From: an uncultured Bacilli bacterium
GTDB lineage: Bacteria; Bacillota_I; Bacilli_A; RF39; UBA660
Reading direction: 5' to 3'
Assembly: GCA_934090795.1 (NCBI GenBank)
Contig: CAKOJQ010000006.1
Location: 7,927 to 71,926 of the forward strand
Length of the DNA: 64,000 nt
Under the pieces are notes generated by a model. The model did not search any database, had not been told where the DNA came from, and was given only the letters and a program-made list of their open reading frames with translations. Every line of letters starts with the position of its first letter. Position 1 is the first letter of the stretch. Shown here one piece after another: positions 1 through 8,170 of this stretch. Both the position numbers and the translations under genes were made by a program.

Positions 1-744
1 GTCGGCTAGAACTGCTGGTACTATTATAGCGAATGGAGAAGTGTCAACGACTATAACTATTTTTCCTTCTAAAAGAGCATGAGCAACTGAATTGGGTTTT
101 TCGGTTAGTTTTACTTTAGGAAATAGGTTAGATGATTCGTTAATTATATATTTTTTTAATTCGCCGGCATCTATTATTCCGTCAATATTTATACTTTTTA
201 AAATATCATTACATTTGTTAATATATTCTTCTTTTGTTATTCCTTCTATATATAATAAGCCGGTTTTAGTATCTGTATATTTGCCGATATTATATTCTTT
301 TATTTTAAGTTCTTTTGATTTAATTCTTCGTTTTATTAACCCAATATTTTTTTGATAATTTTCAACAAATGCATCTTTTGGACCATATAGTTCTGGTTCT
401 ATCTCAGGAGTATTAATACTTCGATCTAAATTAGCTTTAGTTTCTAGTGCAAATATTTTATTTTTATAAATTAGAATAGAGAATCCATTAAATAAATATT
501 TATCTATTTCATCTTTATTAATTTTAACTAAATTAGGTGTTGCTAATATATTATTAATATTTCTTTTCTTAAATGGATTAGTTATATTTTTTAATATAAA
601 GTTATTAATTTGTTCACTACTACAAATAGTTTCTACATAAAAAATATAGATACTAGATAATTTATATTTAATTTTTCTTAATTTTAAATCCGGAACATCT
701 TTATAGTTATTTTTAATTTCATTTATTAACATATTATCACTCAT
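1..744 (-). CDS. Spore germination protein, GerA (GerAA/GerKA) family, N-terminal part; the 3' end lies beyond the window start
   Basis: Not in the ORF track because it runs off the edge. My minus-strand translation from ATG 744-742 stays open to nt 1: MSDNMLINEIKNNYKDVPDLKLRKI...ELYGPKDAFVENYQKNIGLIKRRIKSKELKI...INIDGIIDAGELKKYI...LFPKVKLTEKPNSVAHALLEGKIVIVVDTSPFAIIVPAVLAD. These are the conserved blocks of GerA-family A subunits. Confidence 0.75.
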   Translation of the reverse strand, partial: MSDNMLINEIKNNYKDVPDLKLRKIKYKLSSIYIFYVETICSSEQINNFILKNITNPFKKRNINNILATPNLVKINKDEIDKYLFNGFSILIYKNKIFALETKANLDRSINTPEIEPELYGPKDAFVENYQKNIGLIKRRIKSKELKIKEYNIGKYTDTKTGLLYIEGITKEEYINKCNDILKSINIDGIIDAGELKKYIINESSNLFPKVKLTEKPNSVAHALLEGKIVIVVDTSPFAIIVPAVLAD

Positions 745-789
745 TTTATTATGGTTAATAAAAAAGAAAACTTACCAATTTTTGGTAAG

Positions 790-1698
790 TTATTTGAAAT
801 ATTGTTTTATTAATGATAAGTTTTTATAATTATCTTCTTTTATATCATTTCTATTAAGAAATTCTCTAACACTTAATTTATTATCAAAACAATCTTGAAT
901 CCCATCTATAATTTGAGTCTTTTTACTTGATAACTGTTCATTATTATAAATAAAGTAGAGCATAAAAGCTTTTAATGTAGATTCAGTATATTTAATGGCA
1001 TCATCTTTTTGGACTATTAATAATTCGTCATGTGGAAAAGGATTATTTATAATAAAATCTAAATTATTTAACAAGTTATTAAATCTTAATTTAATCATAT
1101 AATCATCATTATTTATATAATCTCTAGCAATTATTTCCATAAATATTGGAATCAATTCATCATTAACTCCTGACATAAAAGTTTGCTGAGTATGAGAAAT
1201 TTCATGGGCATATGATTCTAATACTGCTTTAGATAAAGTTAAATTTAATTTTCTAACATATCTAAAGTTTTTATTATTATATGGAACTATACCACCTTCA
1301 ACACTACAAGCCATTTCCTCTCCATTTATAAAATTAATTGGTACATCAAATGGAGATATCATTTCTAAATTCTTAATTTTTATATCTCTAAAATATTTTA
1401 ACACTGGTAAATTTTTAGGATAATAAATTACATCATTAATATTAAATAATTCATTATACATATTTTTAATTTTATTAAAATCTACTGAACTAGCATCACT
1501 ATCTATTTTAATTAATTTATATAAGTTTTTAAATAATGGATAATCATCTCTTGATTTTATATATTCTATTAGTTTTATACAAAAAGTACTATTTAAATAA
1601 GATAAAGCTAATTCTTCATATTCTTTTGTCATATTATTTTTCCTTTTGCGTATATAATATGCTAAATAATTAAAAAAATCAATAAAAAAATCAGTCAT
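790..1698 (-). CDS. Hypothetical protein with an HExxH zinc-metallopeptidase-like motif
   Basis: From the ORF track. Contains SYAHEISHTQQ (HExxH) with a downstream FMEIIARD glutamate. The true start is probably Met23 (nt 1632), behind AAAGGA. No family recognised. Confidence 0.4.
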   Translation of the reverse strand: MTDFFIDFFNYLAYYIRKRKNNMTKEYEELALSYLNSTFCIKLIEYIKSRDDYPLFKNLYKLIKIDSDASSVDFNKIKNMYNELFNINDVIYYPKNLPVLKYFRDIKIKNLEMISPFDVPINFINGEEMACSVEGGIVPYNNKNFRYVRKLNLTLSKAVLESYAHEISHTQQTFMSGVNDELIPIFMEIIARDYINNDDYMIKLRFNNLLNNLDFIINNPFPHDELLIVQKDDAIKYTESTLKAFMLYFIYNNEQLSSKKTQIIDGIQDCFDNKLSVREFLNRNDIKEDNYKNLSLIKQYFK

Positions 1699-1751
1699 AT
1701 ATTAGACTGACGATATATTTCAAATTCGAATTCTTCGAACAATTTCTTTAA

Positions 1752-1828
1752 TGGTGCGCCCAAAGGGAGTCGAACCCCTAACCTTTAGATCCGTAGTCTA
1801 ACGCTCTATCCAATTGAGCTATGAGCGC
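1752..1828 (-). tRNA. tRNA-Arg (ACG)
   Basis: The reverse complement GCGCTCATAGCTCAATTGGATAGAGCGTTAGACTACGGATCTAAAGG...TTCGACTCCC...GGGCGCACCA folds as a cloverleaf. Anticodon loop CTACGGA; CCA encoded. Confidence 0.9.
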
Positions 1829-1937
1829 AAAATAATTCATTTGCAAAAATAATATATCATAAAAATTTTAAAAAATAAAGTATTTTTGATTGCATAATTA
1901 ATAATATATGATATGCTTATTATAGGGTGGATAAAGA

Positions 1938-2345
1938 ATGAAGATAGAAGCAATTAATATATTATTTGAAAATGGAGATGTTATTTCTTTAAATCAAGAA
2001 GAATGTGAAAACTTCTATATTTCTAATGTAAAAAGTAATGGAGAAGAGATTCCTTATGAACCTACTGTAATTAGAAATAAATTATATGCTAACTTATGTT
2101 TAATTAAATTAAATAAAGATTTATTAGATAATTTTAAGAAGAAGAGATTACAATATAAAAAAGATATCGTTGAAATACAAGTTATATTTGGAAATAAATG
2201 TGCTAGGTTTGATATTGCTTCTAACGCTAATCCTTTTGATGTAACTTATAATAATGATTTAGAATATATATATGAAGATGATAAATCATTTGGTCTTTTA
2301 ATGAGCGAATATAATATAAAATATAAAGATAATTTATTTGCATAA
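1938..2345 (+). CDS. Hypothetical protein (135 aa)
   Basis: From the ORF track, with SD GGGTGGA upstream. No recognisable motif. Confidence 0.45.
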   Translation: MKIEAINILFENGDVISLNQEECENFYISNVKSNGEEIPYEPTVIRNKLYANLCLIKLNKDLLDNFKKKRLQYKKDIVEIQVIFGNKCARFDIASNANPFDVTYNNDLEYIYEDDKSFGLLMSEYNIKYKDNLFA

Positions 2346-2391
2346 AACAAATATTCGTTCGCTTGACGGGGGGCGTTTAGTGATATGATTT
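2346..2391 (+). promoter_or_regulatory. Promoter cassette: quasi-palindromic box, TTGACG -35, G6 tract, TATGAT -10
   Basis: AAACAAATATTCGTTCG CTTGACGGGGGGCGTTTAGTGATATGATT. -35 at 2363-2368, G6 at 2368-2373, TATGAT at 2384-2389 (15-nt spacer). Near-identical cassette at 36225-36270. Confidence 0.55.
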
Positions 2392-2415
2392 GGTAAGAAT
2401 AGGAGTGAATAAAAC

Positions 2416-4038
2416 ATGAAAAAACTTACCAAATTTTTTAATTTAATAAAAGAAAATAAACAAACAAGAATATTATTTATAATGACTATTACTATGTTAT
2501 TTATTTTTACAATAGGTTATTCATTATCAATGTTTACTAGTGGTAATAATATTAAAATTGCTAATATTAAAGTAAATGATTTATCCTTTAATATGACCAC
2601 TAATAGTGGAGAATCAGACGATAGAATACTATATTTACGAGCAAATAAAATTGAACAATTTGATATAATTCTAACAAATTTAAATAAAGTAGATGTTAAG
2701 TATGAGATAATATATGAATTATGTAACAATCAAGATTGTACTAGTATAAGCAAAGATATTCCTAAAGATTTATTAGTATATAAAGAAAATGATGAAACTG
2801 CCATATATGGTATATTAGAGATAACTAAAAGCAAAAGTATAAGAATAATAACAAAAAATAATAGTAATAATGATTATTATATAAAACTTAATGTAAATGC
2901 AGGATATAGTTGGAATGAATTAGCTTTGTCAAATCAAATAGAAGAAGGATATGCTATTAAAACAGAACTAATCGCATATGTAGATGGAATCGAAAAACAA
3001 GAATATCCTAAAAATTGTAATTATATGGTAAATGGTAAAGCTTATAAGAATAATATTGAAATTAAGCTTGATGATTTAACAATCCAATGTGATAAAGAAA
3101 CAAAAAAATGGAAAACATCTTATACTGATTTTGTAGATAAGATTGAATTTTATTTTACTTCATTTAAAAGTAAAAAATTGCTTGATTATATTAAAGAACT
3201 ATTTAATACAAATTCAACTGGTAATAATTTATTTAAAGAAGATCCTGATTCAAATATAAGATATGTAGGAGGAACATCACAAAATTATATTGAATTTGGA
3301 AATGAAAATGAATTATGGCGTATTATTGGAATTTTTAAAGTATTAGATGTAAATGATAATACGACTAAAGAAATGGTAAAAATAGTTCGTAATTCATCAA
3401 TAGGATCATATTCATGGGATACTACTATATGGTCAGATAATGAAGGCTATGGATATAATAACTGGACCAAATCAAAAATAAAAGAAGAATTAAATGGCGA
3501 TTATTTAAATTATAATCTGACTTCTAATACTAAATGGTATAATGGAGTTAATAATTCTAAAGGTGAAACCTTTAATTATACCTATACAATTAAAGAGAAA
3601 TATCAAAACTATATTGCAAACGTCAGATGGAATTTAGGTGGTCATAATACTAATGGAACAAATGCATCTGGAATATATAACAGTGAAAGAAGTTCAACAG
3701 TTTATTCAGGAAACTCAACTACTTGGGATGGTAAAGTAGGACTATTATATCCTAGTGACGTAGCTTATGCATCAAATGATAATACTTGTAGAAATACTAT
3801 AAGTAAATGTTCTACATTAATAGCAACAAATTGGATGAATGATAACGCATCGTTATGGTTAATGACTCACATATCAACAATATCTAATTATGCATATGTA
3901 TATAGTAATGGAATAAGTGGTTATCCAATGGTTTATAATAAATATGGTATAAAACCATCACTATATCTATCAAATGATACTCAAATTATTACAGGCGACG
4001 GTAGTAAGGAAAACCCTTATATAATATCATTTGAATAA
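2416..4038 (+). CDS. Membrane-anchored or secreted surface protein; diverged paralogue of 36300-37703
   Basis: SD TAGGAGTGA. N-terminal hydrophobic segment ILFIMTITMLFIFTIGYSLSMFTS. The C-terminal block ...NASLWLMTH...YGIKPSLYL resembles the W-L...[KR]-P ending of DUF6273-type domains (recalled from memory, not searched). Confidence 0.6.
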   Translation: MKKLTKFFNLIKENKQTRILFIMTITMLFIFTIGYSLSMFTSGNNIKIANIKVNDLSFNMTTNSGESDDRILYLRANKIEQFDIILTNLNKVDVKYEIIYELCNNQDCTSISKDIPKDLLVYKENDETAIYGILEITKSKSIRIITKNNSNNDYYIKLNVNAGYSWNELALSNQIEEGYAIKTELIAYVDGIEKQEYPKNCNYMVNGKAYKNNIEIKLDDLTIQCDKETKKWKTSYTDFVDKIEFYFTSFKSKKLLDYIKELFNTNSTGNNLFKEDPDSNIRYVGGTSQNYIEFGNENELWRIIGIFKVLDVNDNTTKEMVKIVRNSSIGSYSWDTTIWSDNEGYGYNNWTKSKIKEELNGDYLNYNLTSNTKWYNGVNNSKGETFNYTYTIKEKYQNYIANVRWNLGGHNTNGTNASGIYNSERSSTVYSGNSTTWDGKVGLLYPSDVAYASNDNTCRNTISKCSTLIATNWMNDNASLWLMTHISTISNYAYVYSNGISGYPMVYNKYGIKPSLYLSNDTQIITGDGSKENPYIISFE

Positions 4039-4091
4039 AAAAGATTAACACGCTTTCTAGACGTGTGTCTTTTTGTTTAATAAATTATAAA

Positions 4092-4120
4092 TATAAAAAC
4101 CTTCTCAAATAGAGAAGGTT
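4092..4120 (-). terminator. Rho-independent terminator of the minus-strand tRNA cluster
   Basis: Minus strand reads AACCTTCTC-tatt-GAGAAGGTT followed by TTTTTAT, directly after tRNA-Lys. Confidence 0.6.
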
Positions 4121-4131
4121 AATATTTCAAA

Positions 4132-4207
4132 TGGTGTCCTGTTGGAGATTCGAACTCCAGACCCTTTGATTAAAAGTCAAATGCTCTACCGACTGAGCTA
4201 ACAGGAC
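4132..4207 (-). tRNA. tRNA-Lys (TTT)
   Basis: Cloverleaf readable on the minus strand. Anticodon arm TTGA-CTTTTAA-TCAA; TTCGAATCTCC T-arm; CCA encoded. Confidence 0.9.
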
Positions 4208-4216
4208 ATTTTAAAT

Positions 4217-4292
4217 TGGCTGCCTCGGGGGGACTCGAACCACCGAAATGTCAGAGTCAAAGTCTGATGCCTTACCACTTGGCTACGAGGCA
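4217..4292 (-). tRNA. tRNA-Gln (TTG)
   Basis: Minus strand TGCCTCGTAGCCAAGTGGTAAGGCATCAGACTTTGACTCTGA...TTCGAGTCCCCCCGAGGCAGCCA. Anticodon loop CTTTGAC. One U:C mismatch in the T stem (GGTGG/CCCCC). Confidence 0.85.
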
Positions 4293-4304
4293 ATTATTTA
4301 AAAG

Positions 4305-4388
4305 TGGTGGGAGGACATAGATTTGAACTATGGAACCCGAAGGAACAGATTTACAGTCTGCCGCGTTTGACCACTTCGCTATCCTCCC
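4305..4388 (-). tRNA. tRNA-Tyr (GTA), long variable arm
   Basis: Minus strand GGGAGGATAGCGAAGTGGTCAAACGCGGCAGACTGTAAATCTGTTCCTTCGGGTTC...CCTCCCACCA. Anticodon loop CTGTAAA. Confidence 0.9.
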
Positions 4389-4398
4389 ATTATATAAA

Positions 4399-4474
4399 TG
4401 GTGCCGACAGAGGGAATCGAACCCCCAACCTACTGATTACAAGTCAGTTGCGCTACCAATTACGCTATGTCGGC
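4399..4474 (-). tRNA. tRNA-Thr (TGT)
   Basis: Minus strand GCCGACATAGCGTAATTGGTAGCGCAACTGACTTGTAATCAG...TTCGATTCCC...GTCGGCACCA. Anticodon loop CTTGTAA. Confidence 0.9.
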
Positions 4475-4482
4475 AATTTAAA

Positions 4483-4559
4483 TGGTGGGCGATGTAGGAC
4501 TCGAACCTACGACCCCCTGCTTGTAAGGCAGGTGCTCTAACCAACTGAGCTAATCGCCC
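4483..4559 (-). tRNA. tRNA-Val (TAC)
   Basis: Minus strand GGGCGATTAGCTCAGTTGGTTAGAGCACCTGCCTTACAAGCAGG...TTCGAGTCCTACATCGCCCACCA. Anticodon loop CTTACAA. Confidence 0.9.
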
Positions 4560-4574
4560 GACTAAATATATAAA

Positions 4575-4663
4575 TGGTGCCCGAGGCCGGACTTGAACCG
4601 GCACGAGTTATTATGCTCGCAGGATTTTAAGTCCTGTGCGTCTACCTATTCCGCCACTCGGGC
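4575..4663 (-). tRNA. tRNA-Leu (TAA), long variable arm
   Basis: Minus strand GCCCGAGTGGCGGAATAGGTAGACGCACAGGACTTAAAATCCTGCGAGCATAATAACTCGTGCCGGTTCAAGTCCGGCCTCGGGCACCA. Anticodon loop CTTAAAA. Confidence 0.9.
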
Positions 4664-4697
4664 GGGCACATTTGTCTTAAAAACTTAAGACTACTTG

Positions 4698-4726
4698 AAT
4701 ATACCAAATAATTTTGATAAGTGCAA
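4698..4726 (-). promoter_or_regulatory. Promoter of the minus-strand tRNA cluster
   Basis: Minus strand reads TTGCAC, then 17 nt, then TGgTATATT (extended -10), about 35 nt upstream of tRNA-Leu. Confidence 0.55.
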
Positions 4727-4848
4727 TAGTTTTTCAAAAAAATTTTCAAAAAAAATCATTTTTAGGCAAAAAGTAGATTTATTTTATAAAATTAAACATA
4801 TAAATAATAAGAAATATAAAAAAATACCAAAAAAAGTGTTTCTAATTG

Positions 4849-4878
4849 TTGACTTAATTTTTTTTGGTGTGATATAAT
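4849..4878 (+). promoter_or_regulatory. Promoter of the plus-strand tRNA cluster
   Basis: TTGACT (4849-4854), 18-nt spacer, TATAAT (4873-4878), about 27 nt upstream of tRNA-Ser. Confidence 0.55.
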
Positions 4879-4904
4879 CTATTTGTTCCTTGAAAGAAGG
4901 AAAC

Positions 4905-4995
4905 GGAGAAATACCCAAGTCTGGTTGAAGGGACTGGTCTTGAAAACCAGGAGGTCGGAAACGGCGCAGGGGTTCGAATCCCTTTTTCTCCGCCA
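4905..4995 (+). tRNA. tRNA-Ser (TGA), long variable arm
   Basis: GGAGAAATACCCAAGTCTGGTTGAAGGGACTGGTCTTGAAAACCAGGAGGTCGGAAACGGCGCAGGGGTTCGAATCCCTTTTTCTCCGCCA. Anticodon loop CTTGAAA. Confidence 0.9.
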
Positions 4996-5004
4996 TATAG
5001 TTAT

Positions 5005-5081
5005 CGCGGGATAGAGCAGCTCGGTAGCTCGCCAGGCTCATAACCTGGAGGTCGTTGGTTCAAATCCGGCTCCCGCAACCA
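5005..5081 (+). tRNA. tRNA-Met (CAT), probably the initiator
   Basis: CGCGGGATAGAGCAGCTCGGTAGCTCGCCAGGCTCATAACCTGG...TTCAAATCCGGCTCCCGCAACCA. The C1:A72 mismatch at the top of the acceptor stem is the bacterial initiator signature. Confidence 0.8.
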
Positions 5082-5082
5082 T

Positions 5083-5159
5083 GGTTCGTTAGTCTAGAGG
5101 CCTATGACGTCTGCCTGTCACGCAGAAGACCACGGGTTCGAATCCCGTACGAACCGCCA
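5083..5159 (+). tRNA. tRNA-Asp (GTC)
   Basis: GGTTCGTTAGTCTAGAGGCCTATGACGTCTGCCTGTCACGCAGA...TTCGAATCCCGTACGAACCGCCA. Anticodon loop CTGTCAC. Confidence 0.9.
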
Positions 5160-5163
5160 TGAT

Positions 5164-5239
<76 letters not shown>

Positions 5240-5272
5240 TAAAGTAAATTTAAAGCCGAAAGGCTTTTTTAT

Positions 5273-5349
5273 CGAGAAGTAGCTCAGTTTGGTAGAGCAC
5301 TACGCTTGGGACGTAGGGGTCGCAGGTTCGAATCCTGTCTTCTCGACCA
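5273..5349 (+). tRNA. tRNA-Pro (TGG)
   Basis: CGAGAAGTAGCTCAGTTTGGTAGAGCACTACGCTTGGGACGTAGGGGTCGCAGGTTCGAATCCTGTCTTCTCGACCA. Anticodon loop CTTGGGA. Confidence 0.9.
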
Positions 5350-5360
5350 TTTAGATTTTT

Positions 5361-5384
5361 AAGCCTTGAGATTCAAGGCTTTTA
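5361..5384 (+). terminator. Terminator of the plus-strand tRNA cluster
   Basis: AAGCCTTGA-gat-TCAAGGCTT followed by TTT. Confidence 0.55.
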
Positions 5385-5444
5385 TAATAAAAAAATTTAC
5401 TTGCTTTTGATAATTTAGATTATAATTATAGTAAAGAGAGAAAA

Positions 5445-6032
5445 ATGAAAAACAAGGAAAAGAAAAAATTAACATTAGATGAATATATCGATATTGGTAA
5501 AAGTGATATAGTTGTTTATTTATGCGTAACTTTAAATTTGCTTATTATATTTTTATATGTTGGTATCAAATATAATGTTTACTATTATTTATTTTTTGTT
5601 GGATTAATTATAATTGGAAGATCATACGAGAGAATAGATACATTTGTGACTTTAAAACAAATAAAAAAATACTTAACTGACAACAATCTTTTAGATAAAA
5701 TAGGTAATATTGATTATTGGAATGAAAGATATTATTTTTTAACTGATAATTATATGATAATTAAACAAGGCAAAGAAATATATTCATTTAAATATTCTGA
5801 AATAGAAAAAATATATAAAGAAAATAATTTAGTTATAAACAAACATAGTCGCTCTCAAGAATACTTACACATCATAGTTGGTAATAATAATTTTATAATA
5901 TTAGTTTATTCAACTGTTTTAGTTGGTGAAGATTTTAAAGATATCAGTGATTATCTAATTAAAAAGAATCCAAATATTGTGATAGGCAAAACTATTAAAA
6001 ATAAAAAAATCAATATTTTTAGAACAAAATAA
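5445..6032 (+). CDS. Hypothetical membrane protein (two N-terminal TM helices)
   Basis: From the ORF track. Hydrophobic segments IVVYLCVTLNLLIIFLYVGI and YYYLFFVGLIIIG. The soluble C-terminal half has no recognised motif. Confidence 0.5.
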   Translation: MKNKEKKKLTLDEYIDIGKSDIVVYLCVTLNLLIIFLYVGIKYNVYYYLFFVGLIIIGRSYERIDTFVTLKQIKKYLTDNNLLDKIGNIDYWNERYYFLTDNYMIIKQGKEIYSFKYSEIEKIYKENNLVINKHSRSQEYLHIIVGNNNFIILVYSTVLVGEDFKDISDYLIKKNPNIVIGKTIKNKKINIFRTK

Positions 6033-6044
6033 ATAGTAAATTTT

Positions 6045-6065
6045 GCCCATTTATGGGCTTTTTTT
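6045..6065 (+). terminator. Rho-independent terminator
   Basis: GCCCA-ttta-TGGGC followed by T7. Confidence 0.6.
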
Positions 6066-6218
6066 AATGCAAAATATTTTTCAAATACACTTCCAAAAAC
6101 ATTTTTAAACACAATACATATCAAATATTGTGTTTTTATAATATACAAAATTTATAATAATTCATTAAATATTATAGATGTAGTTTCTTAGTTTAATTTA
6201 TTAAGAAAGAGGTATATT

Positions 6219-6911
6219 ATGATTAAATTAAAATATCCCCTAAAATTTGTAGGGATAACTCAAGACTATAGTTCTAATCATCGTGCTAACGATTTAGGAT
6301 GGAATAATAAATATGGTGGTAGAACTGCTGATATATATGCTTGTGGTGATGGAATTGTTATAGAAGTAGTAGATGGTAAAAACAATACCATGAATTATGG
6401 TGATAGTGGCAATTATGTAACAATTAAATATATAGATGGTTATAAAACAAGAACTTGTCATATGCTTAAAAATAGTATTAAAGTAAAAGTAGGAGATAAA
6501 GTGGAGTCAAGTACTGTAATAGGAAGAATGGGAAATAGTGGTTATTGTGGAAAAAATAGAGCCTATCATTTGCATTTTATAGTTTGGAAAAATGGTGCTA
6601 GAGTAAATCCTAGAGAACATGTTTATGTTTATGATGATAATGTTGTAGCAAAAACCAATGAATATAAATTACTTTATTACAAGGAAGAAGAACCAGTAAG
6701 AAAAAATTATATAATAATAACAGCCAAAAGTGGTGTGTGGTGCCGAAAAGGTATTGGCTTTAAATTTCCTAAATATAAAGCAATACCTTATGGAACGAAG
6801 TGCGAACTATTAGAAAAAAATGTCGGTTACGCAAATGGGTATAAATGGGACAAAATAATTTATAATAACGAAATAGTTTATTTACCAAATAATTGGAATA
6901 AATATTTATAA
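6219..6911 (+). CDS. M23-family metallopeptidase with a C-terminal SH3b-like domain
   Basis: HxxxD (NHRANDLG) and GNSG...AYHLHF (HxH) motifs of LytM/M23 peptidases. The C-terminal ~70 aa (GVWCRKG...YKWDKIIY) looks like bacterial SH3. SD AAGAAAGAGG. Confidence 0.75.
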   Translation: MIKLKYPLKFVGITQDYSSNHRANDLGWNNKYGGRTADIYACGDGIVIEVVDGKNNTMNYGDSGNYVTIKYIDGYKTRTCHMLKNSIKVKVGDKVESSTVIGRMGNSGYCGKNRAYHLHFIVWKNGARVNPREHVYVYDDNVVAKTNEYKLLYYKEEEPVRKNYIIITAKSGVWCRKGIGFKFPKYKAIPYGTKCELLEKNVGYANGYKWDKIIYNNEIVYLPNNWNKYL

Positions 6912-6988
6912 GGATTAATTTCCTTATTTTTTTAATTTCAATTGATTTTTATTAAAAAATTTTATTTAATTATTATAGAGGTATAATT

Positions 6989-8170
6989 ATGAACAATAAA
7001 AGATTAAAAATAGGATTATTTCTAGATTCATTTTTTCCAGCTATAGATGGAGTTGTAAATGTAGTTGATAATCTAGCTAAAGAATTATCTAAATTTAATG
7101 ATGTAGTTGTAGTTGTTCCCTATACAGAAAGTGTTTGTTTAGATAAAGATAGACCATATAAAGTAATAAGAGTAAAAAGCCTTCCTGTCCCATTTACTGA
7201 ATATCGTGTATCTCTTATGCAAACCAGAATGAGTGAATCATATAAAACATTAATAGAAGAAAAATTTGACATAATTCATATTCATTCACCTTTACAAATA
7301 GGCGCATTAGGCGTGAAAATAGCTAAAGATGCAAATATTCCATGTATTGCCACTATGCATACAAGATTTGATTTTGAAATTAGAAAAAGAATTAATAATA
7401 AATTTGTAATAGATAATATAATTTCTAGATTTATTAAAGTCTATAATGAATGTGATAAATGTATAGCTGTAAATAATGCAATGAAAAAGGTCTTTAAAGA
7501 TTATGGATATTTATATGAACCAGTTGTTATCTATAATGGTACCGATTTAAAAACATGCCAAGATAAGGGAATAATAAATAAAATTAATGCTAAATATTCC
7601 TTAGAAAATGTTTATCCCGTTTTCTTATTTGTAGGTAGAATAGTTGATATCAAAAATATTTTCTTCATACTAGATGTTTTAAAAAGCTTAAAAGAAGATG
7701 GCTATAATTTTAAAATGATTTATGTAGGTGATGGCTTTGATTTAAAAGAATTAAAAAGAAAAATTATTGAATATAATATGCAAGATTGCTGTATAACTAC
7801 TGGAATGATTACTGATCGAAATATTCTTTCAGGCTTATATAGAAGAGCAGATTTATTCTTATTTCCTTCCTTATGTGATTCATCAAGTCTTGTTCAAATT
7901 GAAGCAGCAGTTAATGAAACTCCAGGGCTATTTATAGAAGGAAGTGTAACTAGTGATACAGTTATCAATGATGTTAGCGGCTTTACATCCTCTTATGGTA
8001 TTAATTATTACAAAGAAAGAATTAAAGAAATAATAAATGATAAAGAAAAAATTAAACTAGTTGGTAAAAATGCTAAAGAAATGTTAGGAAAAAGTTGGAA
8101 AGATATTGCTAAAGAAACCTATGAATTTTATTTAAAGGAAATAGTAGTAAAGGAAAATATAAATGATTAG
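6989..8170 (+). CDS. Glycosyltransferase family 4 protein (possibly a glycolipid synthase)
   Basis: N-terminus KIGLFLDSFFPAIDGVVNVVDNLAKEL. The C-terminal half has FVGRIV..KN....YVGDG and FLFPSL.DSSSLVQIEA, typical of GT-B/GT4 enzymes. Confidence 0.7.
   Translation: MNNKRLKIGLFLDSFFPAIDGVVNVVDNLAKELSKFNDVVVVVPYTESVCLDKDRPYKVIRVKSLPVPFTEYRVSLMQTRMSESYKTLIEEKFDIIHIHSPLQIGALGVKIAKDANIPCIATMHTRFDFEIRKRINNKFVIDNIISRFIKVYNECDKCIAVNNAMKKVFKDYGYLYEPVVIYNGTDLKTCQDKGIINKINAKYSLENVYPVFLFVGRIVDIKNIFFILDVLKSLKEDGYNFKMIYVGDGFDLKELKRKIIEYNMQDCCITTGMITDRNILSGLYRRADLFLFPSLCDSSSLVQIEAAVNETPGLFIEGSVTSDTVINDVSGFTSSYGINYYKERIKEIINDKEKIKLVGKNAKEMLGKSWKDIAKETYEFYLKEIVVKENIND

Noticed and set aside
92-355. ORF-track CDS (87 aa, + strand)
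   Set aside because: It lies antisense within the GerA-family gene, whose minus-strand translation is clearly homologous to germinant receptors. Its own translation is low-complexity (F/I/L/S-rich).
4304-4540. ORF-track CDS (78 aa, +) and the 4784-5041 (-) ORF
   Set aside because: Both are read through tRNA genes (Tyr/Thr/Val, and Ser/Met respectively). Their relatively GC-rich, stop-poor sequence explains the open frames.
5252-5272. Terminator-like hairpin (AAAGCC-gaaa-GGCTTT plus T run) inside the plus-strand tRNA cluster, 2 nt before tRNA-Pro
   Set aside because: There is no room for a new promoter before tRNA-Pro, so this is probably a leaky terminator or processing stem within one operon. 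Such elements are common in tRNA clusters.
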